DNA of 63,798 nt, the filler included, from Octopus bimaculoides (taxonomy: Eukaryota), in the NCBI RefSeq assembly GCF_001194135.2. It is 5 parts of 5 records of this genome, joined end to end, with 100 filler letters (N's around TTAATTAATTAA, not from the genome) between each part and the next. Parts side by side here need not be neighbours in the genome. Positions count along the whole stretch, not along the records: positions 50,980 to 62,627 come from NC_069000.1; positions 62,728 to 63,798 come from NW_026322273.1; 3 more parts are not named here. The stretch is one strand, 5' to 3'. Of this stretch, positions 62,241 to 63,798 are shown piece by piece. The notes beneath the pieces are model-generated. The model searched no databases. It worked only from the letters and a program-made list of their open reading frames with translations, and had not been told where the DNA came from. Positions within the stretch are counted from its first letter, which is position 1. Every line of letters starts with the position of its first letter. The position numbers and the translations under genes were made by a program.

Positions 62241-63685
62241 CTAAAATTGATAAAATAACATATTCTTTACATAAAAAATTTAAACAAAGAGGTGCCCCAA
62301 CATGGCCGCAGTCAAATGAGTGAAAGAAGTAAACGAATAAAAGAATAAAAATATCATTTCATACATCAAGGGTTTTACAAGGGTCTCCTGTCTATTTCGT
62401 GTATTGTTCGTTCATGCTTTTTCTTTTCGTTTCATGATACGGACAAGTATAATATCGAACACAGAAACAGTTTCGTAACTTGAAACATTTGAACGCGTAT
62501 TATTTGTGGAGGGATATATTTTGTGCTGAGTCAATGGTGATAATTATACGAATATGAAATATCGTTAATTACGTTTTCCTAATTGACAAAAAAGAAAGAA
62601 AAATATTTCAGTGAATGTGTTTATGTTNNNNNNNNNNNNNNNNNNNNNNNNNNNNNNNNNNNNNNNNNNNNTTAATTAATTAANNNNNNNNNNNNNNNNN
62701 NNNNNNNNNNNNNNNNNNNNNNNNNNNATGTTAGTTTCATATGCAGTTTATTAATTCTATGACAAATGGGCTCTTCAACCAAAAGTTTTATTTTTTGCAG
62801 GCATGGCAGTGTGATTAAGAAGCTTGCTCCCTAACTGTTTAATCTCAGATTCAGTATCATTGTGTGGCACAAGAGTCTTCTGTTATAGCCTCAGGCCAAC
62901 CGGAACCTTGTGAGTGGATTTAGTTGACAGAAACTGAAAGAAGCCCAGTGCATGCGCGTGTGTGTGTGCAAATAGATGTATGATTCCTATTTTTGAGTTT
63001 AGAGCCCCAAGTAGATTATCATCATCCAGTCTGCTTCCAGTATAGTGGTTTAGTTGCTACTATATTTAATAGCATTACTACTATATACAGGAAGTAAATG
63101 TAGGATAAACACAAGTTTATACCATTTGTTCATAAGTTTTTTTCAGTATTGAACATATGGGAGAAAATGAGGTTAGGGCTGAGAATATTTGAAACCACTG
63201 CTGAGTCGAGATACTTGTTGTATTTCAGATATATTGACTACATACTTCCTTGTGCTAACAGGTTAATGAATAACACAAGGTGTTTTCCTTGATAAGTTAT
63301 GTGTTTCATATGGAATTATCATGAGAGAATAAGAAGACAGTTTGCTGTTACCTTTCTTCAGATATTCTTTATAAAACACAAGCTAGAAACAAGTTGACCA
63401 CGCCTGCCTGGGCACTTGGAACATAATGGTCCAGAACAAATACAAGGTATTTTGTTCAACACTAACAATTCAGTTAACCTATTACTCTAGACAAGTACTT
63501 TATTAACTCTGGAAGGATGGAAAGCAAAATTAACATTGGTGTGACGTGAACTCACAATGTAAAGCATTGAAACAAGCTGCAAAGTATTTTGTTTAAGATT
63601 AACAATTTTGTCATTTTTGTCAATTACGTAAAGATATGGTGGGGATTATAATAAAAACATTGCAAAGATAACAAGTGAACGGTAC

Positions 63686-63766
63686 CTGATTTAACTTGAC
63701 AATATTGTTTCCAGTACGTTCACGGTCTTGGTACTTTTTGACCTTAGCTTCACATCTTTTGTATTC
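63686..63766 (-). CDS. BIN3: Bridging integrator 3 (BAR domain) internal exon, 81 bp, phase 0-0
   Basis: tctttttgcttcag| acceptor and CAG|GTACCG donor. Encodes EYKRCEAKVKKYQDRERTGNNIVKLNQ, colinear with the human BIN3 segment as I recall it (DYRRLQAKVEKYEEKEKTGPVLAKLHQ). Confidence 0.8.
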
Positions 63767-63798
63767 CTGAAGCAAAAAGAATCATTAATCAGTGAAAA

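Overview
Eukaryotic, AT-rich, gapped draft sequence packed with microsatellites and transposon remnants. The repeat landscape (tRNA-headed SINEs, RTE LINEs, Penelope-like elements, mariner/Tc1) looks like an octopus (coleoid cephalopod) genome; this is an inference, not verified. Almost all ORFs in the track are microsatellite or N-gap artefacts. Host genes reconstructed by hand from splice signals and homology are as follows. (1) Two SLC16/MCT-like MFS transporter paralogs face each other tail-to-tail at 51.3-62.2 kb. Only their C-terminal halves are visible; the two internal exons have identical sizes (273 and 126 bp) and phases. Both carry Glu where SLC16 proteins usually have the TM8 Arg, plus an Arg in TM10. 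(2) One BIN3 (BAR-domain) exon lies at 63686-63766. (3) A lower-confidence minus-strand gene (about 50.5 to 35.5 kb) has phase-compatible exons encoding an RSRR furin-site precursor and a possible 18-nt microexon. Mobile elements include two full-length dead mariners, a Tc1, several RTE, Tx1 and HERO-like LINE pieces, many Penelope fragments with hammerhead-ribozyme-like motifs, and palindromic MITEs. No rRNA, true tRNA or CRISPR array is supported. Four 100-bp gaps contain an artificial TTAATTAATTAA linker, so gene order across them is uncertain.
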